Of a DNA stretch of 64,000 nucleotides, positions 35,517 to 48,295 are shown piece after piece. The DNA comes from Macrostomum hystrix (Eukaryota > Animalia > Platyhelminthes), in the NCBI GenBank assembly GCA_950097015.1, contig CATNEN010000030.1, forward strand, positions 4,340,001-4,404,000. Reading direction: 5' to 3'. Numbering within the stretch: position 1 is the first letter of the stretch; each line of letters starts with the position of its first letter. A program made the translations under genes and the position numbers. Under the pieces are notes generated by a model. That model saw only the letters and a list, made by a program, of their open reading frames with translations. It was not told the origin of the DNA and ran no database searches.

Positions 35517-38500
35517 GCTGTAACCGGGATTTTGCTACTGACTGTGGCGGCCATCGCCCTTGGCTCGTCCTTTCAATTCGGCTACCAGACAGGGGTGGTA
35601 AATGAAGCCTTGAATCTGATAGCCAACTATACTCATATGGTGGCACAGAATCGCGGAGCTGAAATGTCAGGCAGCCAATTAGAAACTCTCAAATCCGTTG
35701 TGGTGGCCATATTTCCTGTTGGCGGCATGTTCGGCGGTGTGTCCGCCGGCTACTTCGCTGGCAAGCTTGGCCGCCGCGGCAGCCTACTGTTGAACAATGT
35801 GCCTATGATTCTGGGCTCCGGTGCTATGCTGCTATGCGCAATTGTGCCCTCCTATGAGCTGCTCATTGTTGGCCGACTGCTTGCCGGCTTGTCTGCCGGT
35901 GTGAGCACCGGTGTGGCGCCGCTCTACCTGTCCGAGGTGGCTCCGCAGGCTTTGAAAGGAGCCAGCGGCACACTTAACCAGCTGGCTATTGTGCTGGCTA
36001 TCCTGGTGTCTCAGGTAAGGCCGCTAAGCAGGTGGCAGTCTAGATCTGCGCGTTTTTTTCATTTGGGATTTAGAGAAAGGAAGTTTGCTTTTATCGATTT
36101 TATTGATCATTTAATCGGTACAGAGAGTTTCCATACTGTGAAATCCTTAATCCACTAGAATCCAAATTATCCTCGAATTTATCGAACTGTGAGAACTGAA
36201 TTTTCGTCTGAGACCTTCAGACTTTGAGCTGCTCTCGTCCGATCATTCTAAATAGCTGGATTATCCTCATAGGGGATTCTAAAGGCAGGATTATCCTCAG
36301 GGGGATTCTAAAGGCGAGATTGTTCCTGGACGGGATTCTAAATGCCGGATTATACATAAAACAGATTCTTAAGACCTTGATTATAAAATATTAAAAAAGC
36401 CGGCTTTGTTCCAGTGGGTAATAAAAAATCTGATTATCCTTGAAGGGGGTTTTCAAAACTGGATATTCATGACTGTGGATTCTACAATCGGTATATTCCC
36501 AACTGGAAATCCTAAAATCTGGGTTATCCTTAGAGTAAATCCAGATAACAAGGTTATACTTAGACCGGAGCCTGATGACTGATTTATTCTTAGAGGAGTT
36601 TCTGATGACTAGGTTATCCTTAGAGGGGATTCTGATGACTAGGTTATCCTTAGTGGGGATTCTGATATCTAGGTTATCCTTAGTGGGGATTCTGATATCT
36701 AGGTTATCCTTAGTGGGGATTCTGATATCTAGGTTATCCTTAGTGGGGATTCTGATAGCTAGGTTATCCCTAGAGGGGAGCCTATAGCTATTATACGAGT
36801 CTGGCAAACTGAGCTGACCTTACGCCATCCAACCCACCAATTTTCAGATTCTGGGCCTGAATTTTGTTCTGGGCACATCGGACAGGTGGTTCTACCTGAT
36901 GGGCCTTACCATTGTGCCCAGCTGTCTGCAGCTGCTGGTTCTGCCTTTCTGCCCGGAAAGTCCCCGGCACCTGCTGCTGGACAAATCGGACAGCCGCAAG
37001 GCCCGCTCGGCTTTGGCCCGGCTGCGAGGCGAAAGCCAGGAGGTCGACGAGGAACTGGCCGAACTGACTCGAGAGTCGGATCCGCCACCGGAGCCAATGA
37101 ATATTGGCCAGCTGCTGCGGACTCCACACCTGCGCTACCTGCTGCTAGTGGCCTGCGCTATGCAGCTATCCCAGCAACTGTCCGGCATCAATGCCGTCAT
37201 AAACTACTCCAATGATATCTTCTCATCCGCCGGCATGACAGAGAGCTCAGCTACCTATGCCACCATCGGCATTGGCTGCGTCAATCTTCTAGTAACCTTT
37301 GTCAGCGCGGCCATTGTTGACCAGGCCGGCAGGCGAACTCTGCACATGTCCGGCCTAGCCGGTATGTGTCTGTCCGCCGCCGCGCTCACAGTCTCCTTGG
37401 TGCTGCATCACAGCTATCTGCCTGCCGTCTACAGCTGCATCGCCTTTGTCTATATCTACGTTGTGTTCTTTGCCATTGGACCGGGCGCCATTCCCTGGTT
37501 CATTGTGGCCGAGATGTTCAACCAGTCCGCCAGGCCTGTCGCTGTTAGCATTGCCGTGCTGGTCAACTGGTCCGGTCAGATCCTCATTGGCATGGGATAT
37601 CCGCCTATTTTGGTGAGACAACTGCGATTTCACTGCTCTGAGTGACACTTTCAATAAGCTGAATTTCCCGTGTAGGCCAGATTTTCTAGGCTTATATTGT
37701 GAGAATTTGCAGGGCCATAGTGTGAGACTTGCAGGCCATAGTGTGAGACTTGCAGGCCTTAGTGTGAGACTCTGCAGGCCATAGTGTGAGACTCTGCAGG
37801 CCTTAGTGTGAGACTCTGCAGGCCATAGTGTGAGACTCTGCAGGCCTTAGTGTGAGACTCTGCAGGCCATAGTGTGAGACTCTGCAGGCCTTAGTGTGAG
37901 ACTCTGCAGGCCCTTAGTGTGAGACTCTGCAGGCCTTAGTGTGAGACTCTGCAGGCCTTAGTGTGAGACTCTGCAGGCCATAGTGTGAGACTCTGCAGGC
38001 CTTAGTGTAAAACTCTGCAGGCCTTAGTGTGAGACTCTGCAGGCCCTTAGTGTGAGACTCTGCAGGCCTTAGTGTGAGACTCTGCAGGCCCTTAGTGTGA
38101 GACTCTGCAGGCCTTAGTGTGAGACTCTGCAGGCCTTAGTGTGAGACTCTGCAGGCCTTAGTGTGAGACTCTGCAGGCCTTAGTGTGAGACTCTGCAGGC
38201 CTTAGTGTGAGACTCTGCAGGCCTTAGTGTGAGACTCTGCAGGCCTTAGTGTGAGACTCTGCAGGCCTTAGTGTGAGACTCTGCAGGCCCTTAGTGTGAG
38301 ACTCTGCAGGCCCTTAGTGTGAGACTCTGCAGGCCCTTAGTGTGAGACTCTGCAGGCCTTAGTGTGAGACTCTGCAGGCCTTAGTGTGAGACTCTGCAGG
38401 CCTTAGTGTGAGACTCTGCAGGCCTTAGTGTGAGACTCTGCAGGCCTTAGTGTGAGACTCTGCAGGCCTTAGTGTGAGACTCTGCAGGCCTTAGTGTGAG

Positions 38501-38738
38501 ACTTTGGAAGCCCCTCATCAAGCAATCGCTGCATTTTGCTCCTCGCTTCCCGCAGCTGCTGCTCAAAGACTACTCATTCCTGCCATTCGTATTCCTTCTG
38601 CTGTTGTTCTTCTTGTTTACATGGTTCTTCGTGCCGGAGACCAAGGGCCGCACACCGGAGGACATCGAAATGCTTGCCAGAGAGCGGACAGGAACCGTAC
38701 AGTACGAGAGCATCAACCACGCTGGGGACATGGACTGA
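35517..38738 (+). CDS. SLC2A: Facilitated hexose transporter (SLC2A/GLUT class I-like, MFS sugar porter); first exon not located
   Basis: Exons 35517-36014, 36848-37612 and 38556-38738, all phase 0 with GT..AG. Motifs: GSSFQFGY.TGV, LGRR, PESPR, QQLSGINAV, AGRR, GPGAIPW and VPETKG. There is no ATG at the start of the first exon seen. Confidence 0.93.
36255..36790. repeat. Degenerate 30-bp minisatellite in a GLUT intron
   Basis: Unit ggggattctgatatctaggttatccttagt is near-perfect at 36655-36760 and decays leftwards. Confidence 0.85.
37715..38504. repeat. 22-bp minisatellite, about 36 copies, in the last GLUT intron
   Basis: Unit ccttagtgtgagactctgcagg. Confidence 0.97.
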
Positions 38739-38807
38739 TGGACTGGGCTTGGCAAACTCTGGCTTGCAATTGCGATTTCTTTCTGGGCTAGTTCACTTAG
38801 TGACCAT

Positions 38808-39832
38808 CGCTGACCCTCAGCAAATCCTTCAGTTGGGAATCCACTGTCCCTCAGCAAATCCTTCAGTTGGGAATCCACTGTCCCTCAGCAAATCCTTCAG
38901 TTAGGAATCCACTGTCCCTCAGCAAATCCTCCAGACGGGAAGCCACTGTCCCTCAGCAAATCCTCCAGACGGGAAGCCACTGTCCCTCAGCAAATCCTCC
39001 ATACGGGAAGCCACTGTCCCTCAGCAAATCCTCCAGACGGGAAGCCACTGTCCCTCAGCAAATCCTCCAGACTGGAAGCCACTGTCCCTCAGCAAATCCT
39101 CCAGACGGGAAGCCACTGTCCCTCAGCAAATCCTCCATACGGGAAGCCACTGTCCCTCAGCAAATCCTCCAGACGGGAAGCCACTGTCCCTCAGCAAATC
39201 CTTCAGACGGGAAGCCACTGTCCCTCAGCAAATCCTTCAGACGGGAAGCCACTGTCCTTCAGCAAATCCTCCAGACGGGAAGCCACTGTCCCTCAGCAAA
39301 TCCCCCAGACGGGAAGCCACTGTCCCTCAGCAAATCCTCCAGACGGGAAGCCACTGTCCCTCAGCAAATCCTCCAGACGGGAAGCCACTGTGTCTCAGCA
39401 AATCCTCCAGACGGGAAGCCACTGTCCCTCAGCAAATCCTCCAGACGGGAAGCCACTGTCCCTCAGCAAATCCTCCAGACGGGAAGCCACTGTCCCTCAG
39501 CAAATCCTCCAGACGGGAAGCCACTGTCCCTCAGCAAATCCTTCAGACGGGAAGCCACTGTCCCTCAGCAAATCCTCCAGACGGGAAGCCACTGTCCCTC
39601 AGCAAATCCTCCAGACGGGAAGCCACTGTCCCTCAGCAAATCCTCCAGACGGGAAGCCACTGTGTCTCAGCAAATCCTCCAGACGGGAAGCCACTGTCCC
39701 TCAGCAAATCCTCCAGACGGGAAGCCACTGTCCCTCAGCAAATCCTCCAGACGGGAAGCCACTGTCCCTCAGCAAATCCTCCAGACGGGAAGCCACTGTC
39801 CCTCAGCAAATCCTCCAGACGGGAAGCCACTC
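38808..39832. repeat. 34-bp minisatellite, about 30 copies, just after the GLUT stop codon
   Basis: Unit ccactgtccctcagcaaatcctccagacgggaag. Confidence 0.97.
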
Positions 39833-40607
39833 CATATCAAAGCAATCCTTACGTTGATTTTTGTGTCTAACTTCACTAGATATTTTAATTATCTGATTAG
39901 AATGCAAAGTTTTTGTGAGTTAAAATGTTTTTTCCTTAATAGTGAGGGTTGTGTTTTGATTTGATTCCGACAAATAAATTTGTCACTATAAATATGCGAG
40001 TATTTTGCGAGCCTGTCTTGTAATTTTTTTCAGATTACACAGTTGCTGTTTCTTTATTCGTCACTTTGAGTAGCGAGTGTGTTAAAGCTTATTTCGTTCG
40101 ACAAATATCTACATTTTTCGTATTCATTATCGTTCACTGTGAAGTAAAATTCAATCAATTCTGCGCAACAATGAGTTTAAATTGTTTTTTAAGTAGTCTA
40201 GTTTCGTGCCCACTATTTACAGTAGACATATACGAGTGTAAAGCGAAAAATTGCTCTGAAGAAAAACAAAGCAAAGATCTCTTTGCTCAAAGGCTTTCTT
40301 AGTGCGAGCTCGTCTACAGATTATCTGTGATTTACATTCATTCTGTCTCGTAAAGGGAAAATGAAGCTGATTCTCATATTTTCAATTATAACGTTTTTTT
40401 ACTATCTCAATCCAATCGGATAATGGTGTCTTTTTGTCCTTGTAGCTATAATTGTCACAAAATACTGCTTAATCTAAATGTACGGAGTCTACTTTAGTTA
40501 ATTATCAATAAATACTTATTTATAATCTTTAAAAATAATCCTGGCGTCATTCCAACCGTCAGTGCTTGTTTGTATCCTTAAATGGCAATTTGCAACGAAT
40601 TCCTGGC

Positions 40608-43300
40608 TCTATCCCACTCACCCTTCAGTGTATTCCCGACTCTATCCTACCCGCCCTTCAGTGTATTCCCGACTCTATCCCACCCACCCTTCAGTGTATT
40701 CCCGACTCTATCCCACCCACCCTTCAGTGTATTTCCGACTCTCCCCTACCCACCCTTCAGTGTATTCCTGACTCTATCCCACCCACCCTTCAGTGTATTC
40801 CCGACTCTATCCTACCCGCCCTTCAGTGTATTCCTGACTCTATCCTACCCGCCCTTCAGTGTATTCCCGACTCTATCCTACCCGCCCTTCAGTGTATTCC
40901 CGACTCTATCCTACCCGCCCTTCAGTGTATTCCCGACTCTATCCTACCCGCCCTTCAGTGTATTCCCGACTCTATCCCACCCACCCTTCAGTGTATTCCC
41001 GACTCTATCCTACCCGCCCTTCAGTGTATTCCCGACTCTATCCTACCCGCCCTTCAGTGTATTCCCGACTCTATCCTACCCGCCCTTCAGTGTATTCCCG
41101 ACTCTATCCCACCCGCCCTTCAGTGTATTCCCGACTCTATCCCACCCACCCTTCAGTGTATTCCCGACTCTATCCTACCCGCCCTTCAGTGTATTCCCGA
41201 CTCTATCCCACCCACCCTTCAGTGTATTCCCGACTCTATCCTACCCGCCCTTCAGTGTATTCCCGACTCTATCCTACCCGCCCTTCAGTGTATTCCCGAC
41301 TCTATCCTACCCGCCCTTCAGTGTATTCCCGACTCTATCCCACCCACCCTTCAGTGTATTCCCGACTCTATCCCACCCACCCTTCAGTGTATTCCCGACT
41401 CTATCCTACCCGCCCTTCAGTGTATTCCCGACTCTATCCCACCCACCCTTCAGTGTATTCCCGACTCTATCCCACCCACCCTTCAGTGTATTCCCGACTC
41501 TATCCTACCCGCCCTTCAGTGTATTCCTGACTCTATCCTACCCGCCCTTCAGTGTATTCCCGACTCTATCCTACCCGCCCTTCAGTGTATTCCTGACTCT
41601 ATCCTACCCGCCCTTCAGTGTATTCCCGACTCTATCCTACCCGCCCTTCAGTGTATTCCCGACTCTATCCTACCCGCCCTTCAGTGTATTCCCGACTCTA
41701 TCCTACCCGCCCTTCAGTGTATTCCCGACTCTATCCCACCCACCCTTCAGTGTATTCCCGACTCTATCCTACCCGCCCTTCAGTGTATTCCCGACTCTAT
41801 CCTACCCGCCCTTCAGTGTATTCCCGACTCTATCCTACCCGCCCTTCAGTGTATTCCCGACTCTATCCCACCCGCCCTTCAGTGTATTCCCGACTCTATC
41901 CCACCCACCCTTCAGTGTATTCCCGACTCTATCCTACCCGCCCTTCAGTGTATTCCCGACTCTATCCCACCCACCCTTCAGTGTATTCCCGACTCTATCC
42001 TACCCGCCCTTCAGTGTATTCCCGACTCTATCCCACCCACCCTTCAGTGTATTCCCGACTCTATCCTACCCGCCCTTCAGTGTATTCCCGACTCTATCCC
42101 ACCCACCCTTCAGTGTATTCCCGACTCTATCCCACCCACCCTTCAGTGTATTCCCGACTCTATCCCACCCACCCTTCAGTGTATTTCCGACTCTCCCCTA
42201 CCCACCCTTCAGTGTATTCCTGACTCTATCCCACCCACCCTTCAGTGTATTCCCGACTCTATCCTACCCGCCCTTCAGTGTATTCCTGACTCTATCCTAC
42301 CCGCCCTTCAGTGTATTCCCGACTCTATCCTACCCGCCCTTCAGTGTATTCCCGACTCTATCCCACCCACCCTTCAGTGTATTCCCGACTCTATCCTACC
42401 CGCCCTTCAGTGTATTCCCGACTCTATCCTACCCGCCATTCAGTGTATTCCCGACTCTATCCTACCCGCCCTTCAGTGTATTCCCGACTCTATCCTACCC
42501 GCCCTTCAGTGTATTCCCGACTCTATCCTACCCGCCCTTCAGTGTATTCCCGACTCTATCCTACCCGCCCTTCAGTGTATTCCCGACTCTATCCTACCCG
42601 CCCTTCAGTGTATTCCCGACTCTATCCTACCCGCCCTTCAGTGTATTCCCGACTCTATCCCACCCACCCTTCAGTGTATTCCCGACTCTATCCTACCCGC
42701 CCTTCAGTGTATTCCCGACTCTATCCCACCCACCCTTCAGTGTATTCCCGACTCTATCCTACCCGCCCTTCAGTGTATTCCCGACTCTATCCTACCCGCC
42801 CTTCAGTGTATTCCCGACTCTATCCCACCCGCCCTTCAGTGTATTCCCGACTCTATCCCACCCACCCTTCAGTGTATTCCCGACTCTATCCCACCCACCC
42901 TTCAGTGTATTCCCGACTCTATCCTACCCGCCCTTCAGTGTATTCCCGACTCTATCCTACCCGCCCTTCAGTGTATTCCCGACTCCATCCTACCCGCCCT
43001 TCAGTGTATTCCCGACTCTATCCTACCCGCCCTTCAGTGTATTCCCGACTCTATCCTACCCGCCCTTCAGTGTATTCCCGACTCTATCCCACCCGCCCTT
43101 CAGTGTATTCCCGACTCTATCCCACCCACCCTTCAGTGTATTCCCGACTCTATCCTACCCGCCCTTCAGTGTATTCCCGACTCTATCCTACCCGCCCTTC
43201 AGTGTATTCCCGACTCTATCCCACCCACCCTTCAGTGTATTCCCGACTCTATCCTACCCGCCCTTCAGTGTATTCCCGACTCTATCCTACCCGCCATTCC
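40608..43300. repeat. 33-bp minisatellite, about 82 copies
   Basis: Unit cccttcagtgtattcccgactctatcctacccg, with a cccaccca variant. It is stop-free on the + strand, which produces the artefactual 900-aa ORFs. Confidence 0.98.
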
Positions 43301-44149
43301 GAGTTATCGCATAGGTACCTGCGACTAAGCTGCCTTCAGTCTCCTGAGCAGCCACAGGCGATCGCATTATTAGCCCAGCTAGATGTGTGTAGGCGGTTGA
43401 GCAGTCAGTTGAGCAAGCTATTGAAGGATGACAATGTTCTGTTTGCTTAGCCGATAAGGAATATGGCTCTGGGAATCAAGTTCACGCCAGATATTTCAGT
43501 GTTTGCAACAATTTACCTAACGCCAGCTCAGCCCTCGGTGGCGCCTGCGCCCGCCTGAGCTCACTCCTCCGGCGACAGTCTGCAGACTCACCTGGTACTC
43601 GGCGCGTGTCAGTCAAACAATGCTCAACCGTATTTTTGACACCCTGGCTAATTAACTGATTTCTCTTTTCTGCGAGTTTCGGCCACGGCAGCGGGTGGGC
43701 GTGGGTCTCAGCTGACTAACTGACAGCTCGGCCCAGGGCGCCTGTCTGCCTGTTTTTTAGTCTGCCAGCTCGGCCCGGTCGCCGGCCTTATCTTGTTCAC
43801 TTTTTTGGTAGTCCTGACACCAGCGCCTCCAGGCCTAAACAGACTATTGGACGCCACCGTGCAACAGGCATCCACGGCGGAGGCTCCGCAGCACTTTGAC
43901 TTATTTCACTATTCACTAATTCTGGCAGCAAGATTGACATTGCTAGCCATTGCTTTGGTTACGCGATTGCTTGTATTTGACGCCTCCATGCAAACAAAAC
44001 ACGGCCATTGTTTGTTGCTCACTTTCTGTTGCTAATTTTAGACGGTCTCTTCATTATTGAGGAAACCCTCCCTTATGACTAATGGCCATATTCATTACGG
44101 TTGCGCTACTTGTTTATAGGCGAATGGACTTATGCCTTGAAAAAAAACT

Positions 44150-45250
44150 GACCCCTTGTCTAACAGGGTGGCTAACAGCTGAACTGTGTCTAACAGGGTG
44201 GCTAACAGCTCAACTGTGTCTAACAGGGTGGCTAACAGCTCAACTGTGTCTAACAGGGTGGCTAACAGCTCAACTGTGTCTAACAGGGTGGCTAACAGCT
44301 CAACTGTGTCTAACAGGGTGGCTAACAGCTCAACTGTGTCTAACAGGGTGGCTAACAGCTCAACTGTGTCTAACAGGGTGGCTAACAGCTCAACTGTGTC
44401 TAACAGGGTGGCTAACAGCTCAACTGTGTCTAACAGGGTAGCTAACAGTTGAACTGTGTCTAACAGGGTGGCTAACTGCTGAACTGTGTCTAACAGGGTG
44501 GCTAACAGCTCAACTGTGTCTAACAGGGTGGCTAACAGCTCAACTGTGTCTAACAGGGTAGCTAACAGTTGAACTGTGTCTAACAGGGTGGCTAACAGCT
44601 CAACTGTGTCTAACAGGGTGGCTAACAGCTCAACTGTGTCTAACAGGGTGGCTAACAGCTCAACTGTGTCTAACAGGGTGGCTAACAGCTCAACTGTGTC
44701 TAACAGGGTGGCTAACAGCTCAACTGTGTCTAACAGGGTGGCTAACAGCTCAACTGTGTCTAACAGGGTGGCTAACAGCTCAACTGTGTCTAACAGGGTG
44801 GCTAACAGCTCAACTGTGTCTAACAGGGTAGCTAACAGTTGAACTGTGTCTAACAGGGTGGCTAACTGCTGAACTGTGTCTAACAGGGTGGCTAACAGCT
44901 CAACTGTGTCTAACAGGGTGGCTAACAGCTCAACTGTGTCTAACAGGGTGGCTAACAGCTCAACTGTGTCTAACAGGGTAGCTAACAGTTGAACTGTGTC
45001 TAACAGGGTGGCTAACTGCTGAACTGTGTCTAACAGGGTGGCTAACTGCTGAACTGTGTCTAACAGGGTGGCTAACAGCTCAACTTTGTCTAACAGGGTG
45101 GCTAACAGCTCAACTGTATCTAACAGGGTGGCTAACAGCTCAACTGTGTCTAACAGGGTGGCTAACAGCTGAACTGTGTCTAACAGGGTGGCTAACAGCT
45201 GAACTGTGTCTAACAGGGTGGCTAACAGCTCAACTTTGTCTAACAGGGTG
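44150..45250. repeat. 30-bp minisatellite, about 37 copies
   Basis: Unit gtctaacagggtggctaacagctcaactgt. Confidence 0.98.
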
Positions 45251-46390
45251 GACAGCCTTCTACCAACTGATCCCGTCCCGTGTCTATCAGGTTTACTAAC
45301 AGCTAATTCCATGTCTAACAGAGGTGCTAGCCAATCTAACAGCTTACCCCGTGACTAACAAAAAGGATATATTGGAGCGATGTTTCAGGAAAATTGCATA
45401 CAGAGCTCTGTCGCAGACGCAGAGCATATGCCTGCAGTTTCCGCCAGACAACAATGGCTCTGGCGCTGCAATCTGGGAGTCTGATAGCCAGAGCACCTCC
45501 ATGAATTTTGTGCTTTATTATTTTCCTTCGGATTCCGCCGCGGCATCCCTTGCCAGGGCCCGAACAGCGTTGAAATCGCGAGTTCTCGGATTAAAAACTT
45601 TCGCACTTAATGAGCCAGCATGCTTGCGGATAGATGGAATGTCCTCGAACTGGATCCCCAGGCAGCCCAGTGTGGATAGGGCCACTCTAATCTCAGCGCG
45701 CGACACTTCCTGCCTAGCGGACTGCTCAAAGCTCCTTAGGTCTATCTGAGAGTATACGGCATGGGGCTTAACTTCTTCAACAGTAATTTCAATTTTATTT
45801 ATCTATATCAATTAGTTTTTGTCGTCCGACTAAAAAGGCGTAGATTTTTTGTAAAAACTATCATCGCTTATCTCTGCGTTGGCTGCATATCTTTAATTGT
45901 GTGACTTGGGGGAGCAATGCTTGCGCAACCAGGCGTGAGCACTAGCAAACGTGTGTTCATGAGATAAGAATGCTGCTCAGATGGCAGCTCGACTTCTCGG
46001 CGGAACAGCTCGGTGACAATACTCAAGGAGGGGCGCCAGACCGCAAATTTGTATTTAAAAGCTGCATGCTAAACGGCTTAGAAAGTGCCGAGTGAACAAT
46101 GAAAGAACCAAGGTGTAATATGCATGTAATACGCATGTAACGCATGTAATAGGCATCTGATTAGAGCTTGGCCACAGAAATATGCTAAAATAAGACATGG
46201 ACACTTTCCACTGTGGAAATAGGAAAATTTTTTGAGCCTTTACACTTTTGAATTCATTGGGACTTAGAAATTTCCCACTTATAATATAGGATGAGAAACT
46301 CTGCCTTCCTTCTAAAATATTCCATGGCTCATTCTCTTTCTACTGGAGAGCCACTTATTTCCCTTCCCTCGTGAGTCTCTTCAGCCTCAT

Positions 46391-47960
46391 CTAAATGCGC
46401 TGCGTCGATAGTCGTAATAGGCGCACTGGCGGCAGTTCGAAGCGCCAATTGCGCACCAATTCAAAGTCGGGCGGTGCGGCAGCCACAAGTTTGAGCTCCA
46501 GCTGCGGGATTCGAGTCACCTCTGTCGGGTCCAGCGCAGCGTTGATCAAACACGAGGATCCAAGTTTTTCTGACTTGACCGGTATGAACTTCGAGGGTCT
46601 GTCCAGACCGTCGCTGGCCACGATGGTCGACGACGGCAAGCAGCTAAGGCCGCTGCTGCTCTCGCTATCGGCAGCCGCAAACTGGTTCGGGTGGCCGTTG
46701 CGCCGCAGCACCGGTCGGGTCTTTCGGTGGACGTCTGTCTTACTGAGAAATTATTAACAGGTGTGCATACAAGTTCTAGTTCATGAGTCCCTTGATGGTG
46801 CAGAATGGGCTTTGTGGGGAGCACTGTGCTCTAAAGAATGAACACTGAGCTCTAAAAATGAATATTTTTAAGTCTAGAATACTAAACACTAGAAAATGAG
46901 CGCACAATCAAGTGATTAAGTACGCCAGTGCCCCGAACCTTCGGGTGTCGGCCAGCAGGTTGCAAATGATCCGCTTGGTCTCGCCCAAGTCATTATTGCA
47001 GCGTTTGTAAATGCCATCTGTAACGATCTGGGCGTCCGAATCGGACATGGAGAAGACTCGAACCAATCGACGCACGATTCTGGCGAGGACCTTCTGGCAT
47101 TCCTCGAAATCTTCGGGATGTGTAGTTGAAAATTGATCCTCGTCTTCGGTGTATGTCCTCGTTGAATCTGCGCCTTTTTCCCCAGTAGTCTTGACGATTG
47201 GCGCTGGCGCTGCCCCTGGCTGAGGATGAGCCTTAAATTAATGTGAGAATAGAAAGGAACTGGCATTGACCTTGAGAATAGAAAGGAACTGGCATTGACC
47301 TTGAGAATAGGAAGGAACCGGCATTGACCTTGAGAATAGGAAGGAATTGGCATTGACCTTGAGAATAGGAAGGAATTGGTATTGACCTTGAGAATTGAAA
47401 GGAACTGGCAATAAACTTGAGAAACGAAAGGGCCTTGAAAAACCCTCTACGACACTATACAAGCCTTGTCAATAATCAAGAGGGTATCAAAAACTCGATC
47501 AGTCCAGAAAACTCACCTTGTCAGCGCCAGTGCTGTCTTGCCGCTCCGCCTGTGACATCGGTGCTGCCTCTTCACGGGATCCCGCGCCGCTGGGCTCAGT
47601 TTTTTCCTTCTCGAAGAGCGACCTGGCGCAGGTGGCCAACTTTATCGACGCCTTGGACACGATGCTCAAGTCGGATGCTAGTTGATGCTTTGGAAGCGGC
47701 AGTAGCGACTGCTGAAGCTCATGGTGCTCAGCCCAGCCGCGGTCCAGATGGCAGCAGAGGTAAGTATGGTCGGTCAGCTCCTTGAGCTCCGCAGCGATTT
47801 CGGTCTTAATTAAAGCACCTTCGTCGTGCATCAATTGCTCATGCTGCTGAGCATACTCGGTGCTGATGTGCGCGCAGTCGATAATTAGCTGCATGGCATC
47901 GAATGTGGTTGACCGATATTTGCTCTGCCTGGGCTTGCTCGCTTGATTCAAGTTCAACAT
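46391..47960 (-). CDS. Uncharacterised 3-exon protein, about 367 aa, with a BRCT-like N-terminus and a helical RAP1-C/UBA-like middle
   Basis: Exons 47960-47517, 47231-46924 and 46742-46391 are all open and join with matching phases (0, then 2) through GT..AG introns. The middle exon is absent from the ORF track. The second donor (GTACTT) is weak. Domain calls are by eye only. Confidence 0.72.
47244..47423. repeat. 29-bp minisatellite, about 6 copies, intronic
   Basis: Unit tgagaatagaaaggaactggcattgacct; an inverted related copy lies at about 48197-48246. Confidence 0.9.
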
Positions 47961-48295
47961 TATTTTTCTGTTCAAAAATTGGCTTTATCATTTGAAACAG
48001 CTGAGCATAAACTTGTCTATGTTTAAGGCTATTGTTTGCGCACAAAATGGGCGGTATCAATAAAAGAACTATCGAGGACTTTTTCACTCCTTTGGAAGCC
48101 TAAGGAGTATATTTGCTACGACAGTCTATTGCGCTATTGATACTTTCATTTACTTGCTTTATTTTTATACTAGTTTCGTGTAGTTTCTGGCAGTAGAGAA
48201 CTGGCAATGCAGTTCCTTTCTGTTCTCAAGGTCAATGCCAGTTCTAATTAGTGTAGTTTCCGAATTAGTTTTATTAGGAAAAGTTGAAGCCTCTT

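Noticed and set aside
38867-39964. 365-aa and 155-aa repetitive ORFs
   Set aside because: Products of the 34-bp array (3 units = 34 codons).
40566-43450. ORFs of 920, 910 and 379 aa and others
   Set aside because: They are translations of a 33-bp stop-free tandem repeat in all three frames, with no unique domain or splice context.
30919-45250. Regular short repeats suggestive of CRISPR arrays
   Set aside because: The units are head-to-tail with no unique spacers, there are no cas genes, and the context is eukaryotic.
44082-45312. 405-aa LATLLDTVEL repeat ORF resembling a coiled-coil or LRR protein
   Set aside because: Translation of the 30-bp minisatellite; synonymous positions are as homogeneous as the others.
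46395-46757. 120-aa + strand ORF with GC-rich third positions
   Set aside because: It shares wobble positions with the minus-strand exon 46742-46391, which has a phase-matched acceptor; it is treated as an antisense shadow.
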